Shown in pieces: positions 54,052 to 62,378 of a stretch of DNA of 62,453 bases. Each line of letters starts with the position of its first letter. The first letter of the stretch is position 1. Location of the stretch: assembly GCA_947649225.1 (NCBI GenBank), contig CANSQX010000001.1, forward strand, positions 1 through 62,453, given 5' to 3'. Below the pieces are notes generated by a model that saw only the letters and a program-made list of their open reading frames with translations, did no database searches and was not told where the DNA came from. The translations under genes and the position numbers were made by a program. Origin of the DNA: an uncultured Flavonifractor sp. Its GTDB lineage: Bacteria > Bacillota > Clostridia > Oscillospirales > Oscillospiraceae.

Positions 54052-54087
54052 CTTCTTTTTCTTGAAAGAAAAAGAAGCAAAAAGAAC
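54052..54087 (+). repeat. AT-rich hairpin element directly after the stop codon (family member B)
   Basis: cttctttttc-ttgaaa-gaaaaagaag-caaaaagaac. It has the same layout as 58605..58638 read on the minus strand. Confidence 0.5.
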
Positions 54088-54259
54088 TTCAGCCCGCTCT
54101 GGAGGCTGCGGTTCCCATGACCTGCCGCCCGGTGACGAACGCGGAGCGCAATTGAACGTTTTCGCCCGCCTTTTTTAAAAGGCGGCGGGGTCCAGGGGCA
54201 GAGCCCCTGGCGGGCCGGGTGCGGCAGCGCCCGGCCCTTCGTGAAAGGAGTGTGGCCCC

Positions 54260-56497
54260 TTGACGCGGGAAGAAGTCTTTGCCTATACTGCGGGCTGCTA
54301 CAGCGGCGAGCCCGCCTCCTGCACCTTTGCCTGTCCCTTTCGGGTGGATCTGCGCTCCGTGCTGAAAAAGGCGGGGCGAGGCCGGTGGAACGCCGCCGCC
54401 AAGGAGCTCTCTGCCGCCCTGCCCTTCCCGGCGGTGGTTCACGCCCTCTGCCCCCGGCCCTGCGAGGGGGCCTGCCAGCGGCGCACCGTCCTGGGGGAGG
54501 AGCCCGTGGCCATCGGCCTCATTGAGGCGGTCTGCCTGCGGGCCGGGGTCAAGAAGGAGCGGGCGGCCTATACCCTGCCCCCCCTCCCCCAGCGGGCGGC
54601 GGTGGTCGGCGCGGGACCGGCGGGGCTGGCCTGCGCCCTGGCCCTGGGCCGCAAGCGCTACGCCGTGACCGTCTTCGAGCGGGCGGAGGGCTGGGGGGGC
54701 TCCCTGCGGGCCCACCCCCAGTTCGCCGCCTTTGACGCAGACTTTACCCAGCGGTTTTCCTCGCTCGAAATCAACTTTCAGTATACAACCACAGTCGCTT
54801 CCCTGGACGAGCTGGCGGAGTACGACGCGATCTTTCTCGCCTCCGGGGCGGACGGCGCGGATTTCGGCCTGCTGGCGGGGTGGAACGCCGATCTGGGCTC
54901 CACGGCGGACCCCCGGGTCTTTCTGGGGGGCGGGCTGGCCGGGTTCTCCGCCGTGGAGGGCATGGCCCACGCGCTCCAGGCCGCCCGGGCCATGGAGTCC
55001 TATCTCCAGTCGGGGAATCCGGCCTATGCCGGCGAGGACTGGGACCGGAGCAAGTGTACCCGGTACGCCCCCCACCCGGACGAGCCTCCCCTTCCCCATG
55101 TGGTCCCGGCGGGGGAGGCCTATACCGAGGAGGAGGCCCAGGCCGAGGCGGGACGCTGTATGCAGTGCGACTGCGAGGCCTGCATGGGGGCCTGCGAGCT
55201 GCTCCAGACCTACAAGAAAAAGCCCCCCCGCATTGCCATCGACGTGGCCCAGGACGGCCAGACCCGCAACTCGGTGAGCTCGGCCTGCATCACCCGGCAG
55301 ACCTGGTCGTGCAGCCAGTGCGGGCGCTGCGCCGCCCAGTGCGGCGAGGGGGTGGATCTCCAGGGGCTGTTTGCGCTCTCCCGCCGGGACCGGGTGGCGG
55401 GCGGGGCCTATCCCCCCGCGTTCCACGGCTACCGGCTCCAGGAGCTGGCCCACGCCGCCGGTCCGGCCAGCCTGGTCAAGCCCGCGCCCGGCCGGACGGA
55501 GTGCCGGTACGCCTTTTTCCCGGGCTGCCGTCTGGGCGGGGCCAATCCGGCCTATGTGGAGCGCTCCTTCGCCGTCCTCCAGGAAACGCTGGGCGGGGCA
55601 GGGATTCTGCTCAACTGCTGCGGCGTTCCCGCCCTCTGGGCGGGGGAGGAGGCCCGCTTCCAGGCCCACCTGGAGCGGCTCCGGGCGGACTGGGCCTCCA
55701 TCGGGCGGCCTACTCTGGTCTACGCCTGCGCCGCCTGCCGCCGGACCCTGGCCCGCTTTCTCCCTGAGATCCCCTTGATCTCCCTCTATGAGCTGCTGGC
55801 GCCCGCCGCCGGGGCCCCGCCCTTCCCGGAGCTGGCGGTGTTCGACCCCTGTGCCGGGGCGGACCTGGGGGAGGTCAAGGCGGCGGTGCGGTGGCTGGCC
55901 GCCGGGAGCGGCATCAAGCCAGCGGACTACGACAGCGACGGGAAGTGCTGCGGCTTCGGCGGCCACATGGAGCTGGCCAACCCGGCCCTCTACGACGCAA
56001 TCGCCGCCCACCGCTGCGCCGGGACGGAGCACCCCTTCCTGGTCTGGTGTGTGAACTGCGGCGAGGTGTTCCGGGCCCGTGGCAAGGACTGCGTCCACAT
56101 CCTGGATCTGGTCTTCGGGCTGAGCCCCGGGGCCCTGCCCACTCTGGATGAAAAGAAGACCAACCATCTGAAGGCAAAGGAGGCGCTGCTGCGCATGTAC
56201 TGGCAGGAGGACTTTACCGCCCCGCAGAACCCCTGGGACGCCCTGGAGGTGGCGCTCCCGCCGGAGGTGCAGGAGAAGATGGAGCGCCGCCTGATCCCCC
56301 TCTCCGATGTGAAGGAGACCATCTGGCGCAACGAGGAGGCGGGCGAGGGCTTTGTCAACGAGGCGGGGGACGTGGTGTGCCGCATGGCGGGTCCCTATCT
56401 CACCTGCTGGGTCAGCTACCGGAGAGACGGGGCGATCTTCCGGATCGCCGACGTATATGCGCACCGGATGCACATCCGGGAGGACGGGGAGGGTTAA
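54260..56497 (+). CDS. Fusion oxidoreductase: GltD-like NAD(P)H/FAD module plus 2x[4Fe-4S] ferredoxin motifs plus two HdrD/GlpC-type CCG domains
   Basis: CPRPCEGACQR, AAVVGAGPAGLACALALG, CMQCDCEACMGACE, CSQCGRCAAQCGEG, FFPGCRLGG...NCCGVP, FDPCAGAD...KCCGFGG. TTG start after aaaggag. Confidence 0.85.
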   Translation: MTREEVFAYTAGCYSGEPASCTFACPFRVDLRSVLKKAGRGRWNAAAKELSAALPFPAVVHALCPRPCEGACQRRTVLGEEPVAIGLIEAVCLRAGVKKERAAYTLPPLPQRAAVVGAGPAGLACALALGRKRYAVTVFERAEGWGGSLRAHPQFAAFDADFTQRFSSLEINFQYTTTVASLDELAEYDAIFLASGADGADFGLLAGWNADLGSTADPRVFLGGGLAGFSAVEGMAHALQAARAMESYLQSGNPAYAGEDWDRSKCTRYAPHPDEPPLPHVVPAGEAYTEEEAQAEAGRCMQCDCEACMGACELLQTYKKKPPRIAIDVAQDGQTRNSVSSACITRQTWSCSQCGRCAAQCGEGVDLQGLFALSRRDRVAGGAYPPAFHGYRLQELAHAAGPASLVKPAPGRTECRYAFFPGCRLGGANPAYVERSFAVLQETLGGAGILLNCCGVPALWAGEEARFQAHLERLRADWASIGRPTLVYACAACRRTLARFLPEIPLISLYELLAPAAGAPPFPELAVFDPCAGADLGEVKAAVRWLAAGSGIKPADYDSDGKCCGFGGHMELANPALYDAIAAHRCAGTEHPFLVWCVNCGEVFRARGKDCVHILDLVFGLSPGALPTLDEKKTNHLKAKEALLRMYWQEDFTAPQNPWDALEVALPPEVQEKMERRLIPLSDVKETIWRNEEAGEGFVNEAGDVVCRMAGPYLTCWVSYRRDGAIFRIADVYAHRMHIREDGEG

Positions 56498-56500
56498 GGC

Positions 56501-56698
56501 ATGGAGCAGGAATTGAGCGGCTGGATGTGCCGCAAATGCGGCAAGCCCCTGGTCAAGGAGAAGGTGGTCTTCGACTACCTGGGCCATACCTTCAGCGAGG
56601 CGCTGCTCCGCTGTCCCGTCTGCGGCCGCGCCCTGATCCCCGGCGATCTGGCCGAGGGCAAAATGGCCGAGGTGGAGACCATGCTGGAGGACAAATAG
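56501..56698 (+). CDS. 65-aa zinc-ribbon/rubredoxin-like protein
   Basis: CRKCGKPL...CPVCGRAL (two CxxC pairs). RBS ggaggg. It starts 3 nt after the upstream stop. Confidence 0.6.
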   Translation: MEQELSGWMCRKCGKPLVKEKVVFDYLGHTFSEALLRCPVCGRALIPGDLAEGKMAEVETMLEDK

Positions 56699-56704
56699 CA
56701 GAAA

Positions 56705-56742
56705 CGGGACGGCATACACGATGTATGCCGTCCCGCTTTGTT
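56705..56742. terminator. Bidirectional rho-independent terminator
   Basis: cgggacggcatac-acgat-gtatgccgtcccg followed by CTTTGTT, with gaaa upstream. Confidence 0.8.
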
Positions 56743-56754
56743 CGATGGAGGGAT

Positions 56755-57810
56755 CTATCTGCGGCGGCCCGCGCCGCCGCCCCGGCTGTGTCCGCCGCCG
56801 AAGCCGCCCCGGGCTCCTCCGCCCCGGAAGCCGCCCGAGGACCGCCCCGCGCCGGAGGACCGCCTCACTCCGCCGAAGGAGCCCATGGAGCCTCCCGGCC
56901 TGCGGCCTGCGCCGCCCCCCCGGGTGCCGCCGCCGCCAAAGCCGCTCCACCCGCCGGAGGGCCGCCCGCCGCCCATGCTGCCGAAGCCGCCGGGTCCCCT
57001 AGGGGGAGGCGGGGGCGGACGGCGGTACCGGGGCCGCCCGAAGAGGAACGGCCGGTACACGTAGGGGGGCGGAGGCATCCCGGGCATTAAATAGCGCCGC
57101 CGGTAGCTGCGCCAGCGCAGTCCGTCGCAGAGGCAGACCAGCAGCACCGCCAGAATGATCAGCCCCACCACCGCCATCACGGCAAAGGAGGCCAGGGAGC
57201 CCATCACAGTGGTGACCCGGTCGTTCCGGACCTCCGGCTCGTAGAAAAAGTGCCGGTCCTGGGACGTGCCGCCCTGGGGCGCGCCGGAGCCCGGGGCCTG
57301 GGCTGTGTCAAGGTCCCCGTAAAAGCTCTCGTACCAGCCGTAAAAAGCGTCAAAAACCTTCCGCACACCGGCGTCGTAGTCCCCGGCGGCAAAGCCGTCC
57401 TCCAGGTAGTCCCACAGGTAGCCGTCCAGCTTGGCGGAGGTGAGGGCGTTGGTGATCCCCGTGCCCTGGAGGGCGTAGTAGTCCTCCTCGCCGATGGCCA
57501 GCAGGAGCAGCAGGCCGTTGTCCGCCTCGCTGTCCCCGATGCCCCAGTCGTTGAAGATCTGATAGGCGTAGTCGGCGATGTCCATGCCGTCCAGAAAATC
57601 CACCGTCACCACCACGATGGCCCCGCCGGTGGCGGCGGTGAGGGCCTCGTTCCGGCGGATCAGATAGTCCTCGGTGTCCTGGTCCAGGACATCCGCGTAA
57701 TCGCCCACATAGGTGTTGGCGGGCGGATCTACCACCGCCAGGGCGGAGGTGACGAGCAGGGCTGCGGCCAGCAGGGCGGCCGTCAGCCCGGATAAGCTGC
57801 GATGTCTCAT
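56755..57810 (-). CDS. TPM-domain (YgcG-like) membrane protein with a Gly/Arg-rich C-terminal tail
   Basis: Signal peptide, then VGDYADVLDQDTEDYLIRRNEALTAATGGAIVVVTVDFLDGMDIADYAYQIFNDWGIGDSEADNGLLLLLAIGE. A TM helix follows, then the GGGRPSGGWSGFGGGGTRGGGAGRR... tail. Confidence 0.85.
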   Translation of the reverse strand: MRHRSLSGLTAALLAAALLVTSALAVVDPPANTYVGDYADVLDQDTEDYLIRRNEALTAATGGAIVVVTVDFLDGMDIADYAYQIFNDWGIGDSEADNGLLLLLAIGEEDYYALQGTGITNALTSAKLDGYLWDYLEDGFAAGDYDAGVRKVFDAFYGWYESFYGDLDTAQAPGSGAPQGGTSQDRHFFYEPEVRNDRVTTVMGSLASFAVMAVVGLIILAVLLVCLCDGLRWRSYRRRYLMPGMPPPPYVYRPFLFGRPRYRRPPPPPPRGPGGFGSMGGGRPSGGWSGFGGGGTRGGGAGRRPGGSMGSFGGVRRSSGAGRSSGGFRGGGARGGFGGGHSRGGGAGRRR

Positions 57811-57825
57811 GGCTCTGCTCCTTCT

Positions 57826-58377
57826 CTACCGGAACGCCTCGGCGTCCCGCACGAAGGTGATGCGCTTTAAGAGGTTGGCGGGAAACACCCCCAGCACCGT
57901 CTGATTAAACTGGTCCGCCCGCTGGTTATAGGGGTCCCGGCGGATGGCGTCGGCCCGGCCTGCCAGCTCGGCCCGGAGATTTTCCACGTAGCCCGCGTCC
58001 TTTTCGGTGAGCGCCTGGTCCGCCAGAGCGGCCCGCAGCGCCTCCGTATTCTCCTCCAGCGCCTGGTTCCACACATATTTGTCCGCCGGGCTGTCCGCCC
58101 GCTCCAGTTCCCGAACAGCGGCAGCCACGTCCGCCATAGCCATGTCGCCCTCGTCCAGATAGCGGCCGGCCACCACCAGCAGGTTCTGGGCGGCAGCCCG
58201 GCGCTGATCCAGATCCGAGGCGATGGAGTACCCGCTGCCGTCCGCGCCGGTGTAGAACTGCTCCTCCACAGCGGCCCGGGCGGCGGTGGCCGAGCGGTGG
58301 AACCCGAAGAGTACCGACAGGGCGATCACAAGCGCTGCGATCGCCATGGCTCCCCGGTGGGATTTCAAAAAATTCAT
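57826..58377 (-). CDS. lemA: LemA-like membrane protein (divergent)
   Basis: N-terminal TM. C-terminal RRDPYNQRADQFNQTVLGVFPANLL matches the LemA R..YN..V..YN..I..FP.N motif. It is paired with a TPM gene, as is usual for LemA. Confidence 0.6.
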   Translation of the reverse strand: MNFLKSHRGAMAIAALVIALSVLFGFHRSATAARAAVEEQFYTGADGSGYSIASDLDQRRAAAQNLLVVAGRYLDEGDMAMADVAAAVRELERADSPADKYVWNQALEENTEALRAALADQALTEKDAGYVENLRAELAGRADAIRRDPYNQRADQFNQTVLGVFPANLLKRITFVRDAEAFR

Positions 58378-58459
58378 AGAACATGTTCTCCAAATTGCTC
58401 CAGCCCCTGCCGCCGGGCGGGATCCGCTCGGTATCCAGCGGCTCTGGGGCGGGAGGACT

Positions 58460-58487
58460 GTTCTTTTGGTCCCTTTTCTTCCAAGAA
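58460..58487 (-). repeat. Degenerate copy (C) of the AT-rich hairpin element
   Basis: gttcttttggtcccttttcttccaagaa matches 58605..58632 with one mismatch. The right arm of the hairpin is lost. Confidence 0.6.
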
Positions 58488-58604
58488 ATGACCATAGCTC
58501 CAGCAGGATAGAAAGGCTCGCATAACAGGCTGTCTCGAACCGTGCCGGTCCCCGTTACCGGGCGAAAATCTTACGGTACGCAGCGGCCCGGAAGCGAGAC
58601 AAAC

Positions 58605-58638
58605 GTTCTTTTGGTCCCTTTTCTTTCAAGAAAAGGGG
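58605..58638 (-). repeat. AT-rich hairpin element (A), starting 1 nt after the telA stop codon
   Basis: Minus-strand reading: ccccttttc-ttgaaa-gaaaaggg-accaaaagaac. 8-bp stem with loop and tail as in 54052..54087. Confidence 0.6.
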
Positions 58639-58639
58639 C

Positions 58640-59833
58640 TCAGCCGCGCAGCTCCAGGAGCTTCTGCTTGAGCTCTCCCTCGATGCGGCCCAGCTCCACC
58701 TCGGCCTCCCGGCGCTTCTGGGCGCCGTCCTTCTGGATCTGCATGACCTCGTCCAGGGTGGAGATGAGCTGCTGGTTGGTGTGCTGGAGGGTCTGGATGT
58801 CCACCACGGAGCGCTCTGCCTCCCGGGCGGTCTCGATGGTGCCCATCTTGAGCATGTCGGCGTTCTGCTGCAGGAGCCGGTTGGTCATGTCGGTGACGGC
58901 GCTCTGGGCGGCCGTGGCCTGGCGGGAGTGCTCCAGGCCCAGGGAGAGCACCATCTGGCTCTTCCACAGTGGGATGGTGTTCACCAGGGAGGACTGGATC
59001 TTCTCCAGCATCAGGGTGTCGTTGTTCTGGAGCAGGCGGGTCTGGGGGCCCATCTGAACCGAGATCATCCGGGTGAGCTCCAGGTCGTGGATCTTCTTCT
59101 CGAAGCGGTTGCACAGGTTGGCCATGTCGTTGTACTTCTGGGCGTCCTCCTGGGCGCCGGTCTGGGCGGCCTTCTGGCGCAGGGCCTCCAGATCGTTCTC
59201 CCGGATCTGCTGGAGCCGCTTCTTGCCCGCCAGGATATACATGGTCAGTTCCTTGTAGTACTTGGTGTTTAGGTCATACATCTGGTCGAGCATGGCGATG
59301 TCCTTCATCAGGGTCACCTGATGGCCCTCCAGCACCTGGACGATCTTGTCCACGTTGCCCTCGGCCTTGGTATAGGCCACCTTCATGGCCTCCATCTCGT
59401 TGCGCTTCTTCTGGAAAAAGCCGGCGATGCCCTTCTTGTCCTCCTTGCCGAAGCCCTTGAGCTCCACCACCAGGGAGGACAGGGCCTGGCCGATCTCCCC
59501 CAGGTCCTTGGTGCGCACCGAGTTGAGGGTGTTCTCCGAGAAGGAGGCGATGTTCTTCTGGGCCGCCGCGCCGTACTGGAGCACCATGTTGGAGTCGGTG
59601 ATGTCGATCTTCTGGGCGAAGTCGTTGACCATCCTCCGCTCAGCCTCGGTGAGCTGGCTCTCGTCCAGCTGGACGGCCTGGGCGTCCCGGGCGGCCTGGG
59701 CCGCGGCCTCCCCGGCGGAAGCGGAGGGGTTCAGGGTCAGACTGGGGGCCTCCGGGGGCTGGGCGGCCGCCTGGGTACTATTCAGATCGGGGGTCAGGGT
59801 GAGCTCCGGGGTAAAATCCATCTCATTGGCCAT
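58640..59833 (-). CDS. telA: Toxic anion resistance protein TelA/YaaN
   Basis: ...MVNDFAQKIDITDSNMVLQYGAAAQKNIASFSENTLNSVRTKDLGEIGQALSSLVVELKGF... and the conserved C-terminal coiled regions. Confidence 0.9.
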   Translation of the reverse strand: MANEMDFTPELTLTPDLNSTQAAAQPPEAPSLTLNPSASAGEAAAQAARDAQAVQLDESQLTEAERRMVNDFAQKIDITDSNMVLQYGAAAQKNIASFSENTLNSVRTKDLGEIGQALSSLVVELKGFGKEDKKGIAGFFQKKRNEMEAMKVAYTKAEGNVDKIVQVLEGHQVTLMKDIAMLDQMYDLNTKYYKELTMYILAGKKRLQQIRENDLEALRQKAAQTGAQEDAQKYNDMANLCNRFEKKIHDLELTRMISVQMGPQTRLLQNNDTLMLEKIQSSLVNTIPLWKSQMVLSLGLEHSRQATAAQSAVTDMTNRLLQQNADMLKMGTIETAREAERSVVDIQTLQHTNQQLISTLDEVMQIQKDGAQKRREAEVELGRIEGELKQKLLELRG

Positions 59834-59894
59834 GGGTTGCGTCCTCCTTGTCGTTGCTTTTCTATGCTTCCACGTACTCGGTCTGTGTGCATTC

Positions 59895-60542
59895 CTATTG
59901 CCCCAGCTGCATCCCGCCCAGGCCCTCCTGGGCCAGCAGCTGCTCCATGACGGTGATATCGGTGGTGATATCCAGGGCGATGTCCCCGAACAGGGCGTCC
60001 AGCTGGCGGTCGAAGGCGGCGGTAATGGTGTCCATCACGGTCTCGATACGCCCCATGGCCCCGTCGATGTTGGTCCCGGCCACCCCGGCCTCGTCCATCC
60101 GGTCATAGGCGTTGAGCAGCTTGAGGGTGGTGGGCAGGTAGTAGTTGAGAAAGCGGCTGATCTGGGGCAGCTTCTGGGGATGCTCCACCACGTGGGCGAT
60201 GATCTTCCGGGTGATCGCCTCCAGGTGGTCGATCTGGACGGAGAGGCGGGGGTCCGCGATGGAGTCGTTCAGGCGGCGCATCTCCCCCAGCGCCCGGTCC
60301 CGCTCGGCGATCAGCGCGGCGATGCCCGGGTCCTCCGCCGGCGGGGGCTGGGGCTCCGGCTCCGGCAGGACGATGGTCCGGTCGGGACAGAGCTTCTTCA
60401 TCAGCAGGAAGGCCCCCGCGGACACCGCCGCCGCCAGCAGGAAGTGGTGCAGCCGGTACAGCGGGCCAAAGAGCCCCCACAGCAGCCAGACCGCCGCAAC
60501 AGCGTAGACGGGGACGGGGGATCGCTTGCGGTATTTCGCCAT
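59895..60542 (-). CDS. xpaC: 5-bromo-4-chloroindolyl phosphate hydrolysis protein XpaC-like
   Basis: Two N-terminal TM helices. ...QISRFLNYYLPTTLKLLNAYDRM... is the XpaC signature. Adjacent to telA, as in Bacillus. Confidence 0.8.
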   Translation of the reverse strand: MAKYRKRSPVPVYAVAAVWLLWGLFGPLYRLHHFLLAAAVSAGAFLLMKKLCPDRTIVLPEPEPQPPPAEDPGIAALIAERDRALGEMRRLNDSIADPRLSVQIDHLEAITRKIIAHVVEHPQKLPQISRFLNYYLPTTLKLLNAYDRMDEAGVAGTNIDGAMGRIETVMDTITAAFDRQLDALFGDIALDITTDITVMEQLLAQEGLGGMQLGQ

Positions 60543-60742
60543 TGTCTCAGCTCCTCCTATGGGACCGGTGGATTCCGGCTGTGTCTATTGTACCTTTCGC
60601 CCGGTTGGGTGTCAAGAACACGTTGACTTTACCAGCAAAAGACTTTATGATAAGAGGAAACGAACCGTGCGGCGCGCTTCGCCCCTCCGGCCCCGGGCCG
60701 GAGGGGCGGGAGGGGCGCCCGGAAGGAGAGAAAACCGCCGTC

Positions 60743-61963
60743 ATGCTCACCCTGAACGATTTCAAGACCGCCCGGAGCGTCCTCTCGGGGGTCATTCTGG
60801 ACACCCACCTGGTCTACAGCGCCGCCTTTTCCCGGTCCTCCGGCCACCACGTCTATTTGAAGCCGGAGAACATGCAGGTCACCGGGGCCTATAAGATCCG
60901 GGGGGCCTACTATAAGATCAGCACCCTGAGCGAGGAGGAGAAGGCCCGGGGACTGGTCACGGCCTCGGCGGGCAACCACGCCCAGGGGGTGGCCTACGCC
61001 GCCCAGCAGGCCGGGGTAACCGCCGCCATCGTCATGCCCACCACCACGCCCCTGGTCAAGGTCAACAACACCAAGGACTACGGGGCCAGGGTCATCCTGC
61101 AGGGGGAGACCTTCGACGACGCGGCCGCCCTGGCCGCCCAGCTCTCCGAGACCGAGGGCTATACCTACGTCCACCCCTTTAACGACCCGGCCATCGCCAC
61201 CGGACAGGGCACAATCTCCTATGAGATCTTCCAGGACCTGCCCGACGTGGACGTGATTCTGGTGCCGGTGGGGGGCGGCGGGCTGGCCACCGGCGTGTCC
61301 ACCCTGGCCAAGCTTCTCAACCCCAACGTGAAGGTCTACGGGGTGGAGCCCGCCGGAGCGGCCGCCATGAAGGCCAGCCTGGAGGCGGGCCATGTGGTCA
61401 CGCTGGACCGCCTGGACACCATCGCCGACGGCGTGGCCGTCAAGACCCCCGGGGACCAGATCTTCCCCTATCTCCAGCAAAACCTGGACGGCATCCTCAC
61501 CATTGAGGACAGCGAGCTGGTGGACGCCTTTTTGGACATGATGGAGAAGCACAAGATGGTGGTGGAGAACGCGGGGCTGCTCACCGTGGCCGCCCTGAAC
61601 CACCTGGGGGGCCAGGGGCTCAACGTGGTGCCCGTCCTCTCAGGCGGCAACATGGACGTGATCACCATCGCCAGCCTGGTCCAGCACGGCCTCATCAACC
61701 GGGGGCGGGTGTTCACCTTCTCGGTCCAGCTGCCCGACCGGCCGGGCGAGCTGCTGCGGGTGGCCTCCATCGTGTCGGCGGAGAACGGCAATATCATCAA
61801 GCTGGACCACAACCAGTTCGTCAATATCAACCGCCAGAGCGGCGTGGAGCTGCGGGTGACTCTGGAGGCCTTCGGCCACAGCCATAAGCAGGCTATCCTC
61901 CAGGCCATGAAGGACGCGGGCTACGACGCCCGCGAGGTCCACACCTCGGATTTTTATAATTAG
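60743..61963 (+). CDS. ilvA: Threonine ammonia-lyase (PLP-dependent, C-terminal ACT-like domain)
   Basis: YLKPENMQVTGAYKIRGAYYKI (PLP lysine), TASAGNHAQGVAYAA, VPVGGGGLATG, and a C-terminal regulatory domain. ATG at 60743 after ggaaggagag. Confidence 0.9.
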   Translation: MLTLNDFKTARSVLSGVILDTHLVYSAAFSRSSGHHVYLKPENMQVTGAYKIRGAYYKISTLSEEEKARGLVTASAGNHAQGVAYAAQQAGVTAAIVMPTTTPLVKVNNTKDYGARVILQGETFDDAAALAAQLSETEGYTYVHPFNDPAIATGQGTISYEIFQDLPDVDVILVPVGGGGLATGVSTLAKLLNPNVKVYGVEPAGAAAMKASLEAGHVVTLDRLDTIADGVAVKTPGDQIFPYLQQNLDGILTIEDSELVDAFLDMMEKHKMVVENAGLLTVAALNHLGGQGLNVVPVLSGGNMDVITIASLVQHGLINRGRVFTFSVQLPDRPGELLRVASIVSAENGNIIKLDHNQFVNINRQSGVELRVTLEAFGHSHKQAILQAMKDAGYDAREVHTSDFYN

Positions 61964-62103
61964 CGCAGTTCCTCAAAATATGGATCACAGCCCGGCCGGC
62001 CGGGAAGTATGCGGCGTTCCGGATCTGTTCGCGTCCCAGCGCCTGCGGGCGGTCCGCTCCCGTCCTCTGCCGGAGCGGGTTTCCCGGCGGCGGGAAACCA
62101 CTG

Positions 62104-62133
62104 CCGCCCGCCGGACGGCTGTCCGGCGGGCGG
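62104..62133 (+). terminator. Perfect 13-bp GC hairpin downstream of ilvA (no U-tract)
   Basis: ccgcccgccggac-ggct-gtccggcgggcgg. It is preceded by a second hairpin ggtttcccg-gcgg-cgggaaacc. Confidence 0.4.
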
Positions 62134-62332
62134 CTATCTCAAAGCGGTGCGTCCGCCGGCGCTCCGGCCGGCCGGGCCTGGGGTCCGTGGGGCTGCTGTG
62201 GGGGAGAACCCTCCGGCCGTCCCAGCGGCGTCGATCCGCGTACCGTATCCTATGTGACCCAGGGGCCGCCCGTGACCGGGGCCAGGGTCGTCCCTGCCGC
62301 CTGTCCCCGCCGCCCCGCCCCCGTTACCCCCA

Positions 62333-62378
62333 CCCCCCCCCCAAACGGTGGGGGTCGGACAAAGCCACCCCCCCCCCC
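62333..62378 (+). repeat. Two homopolymeric C tracts (C10 and C11) near the window end
   Basis: Counted directly: 62333..62342 and 62368..62378. The window ends in A9. Confidence 0.9.

Noticed and set aside
51094-56950. 923-aa and 953-aa minus-strand ORFs (51094..53865 and 54089..56950)
   Set aside because: They are antisense to the Mop-type oxidoreductase and the flavo-FeS fusion, both of which carry textbook cofactor motifs. They are shadow ORFs.
58520-58560. GGTTCGAG string resembling a tRNA T-loop
   Set aside because: The flanking bases cannot form a T-stem, an acceptor stem or an anticodon arm. It is not a tRNA.
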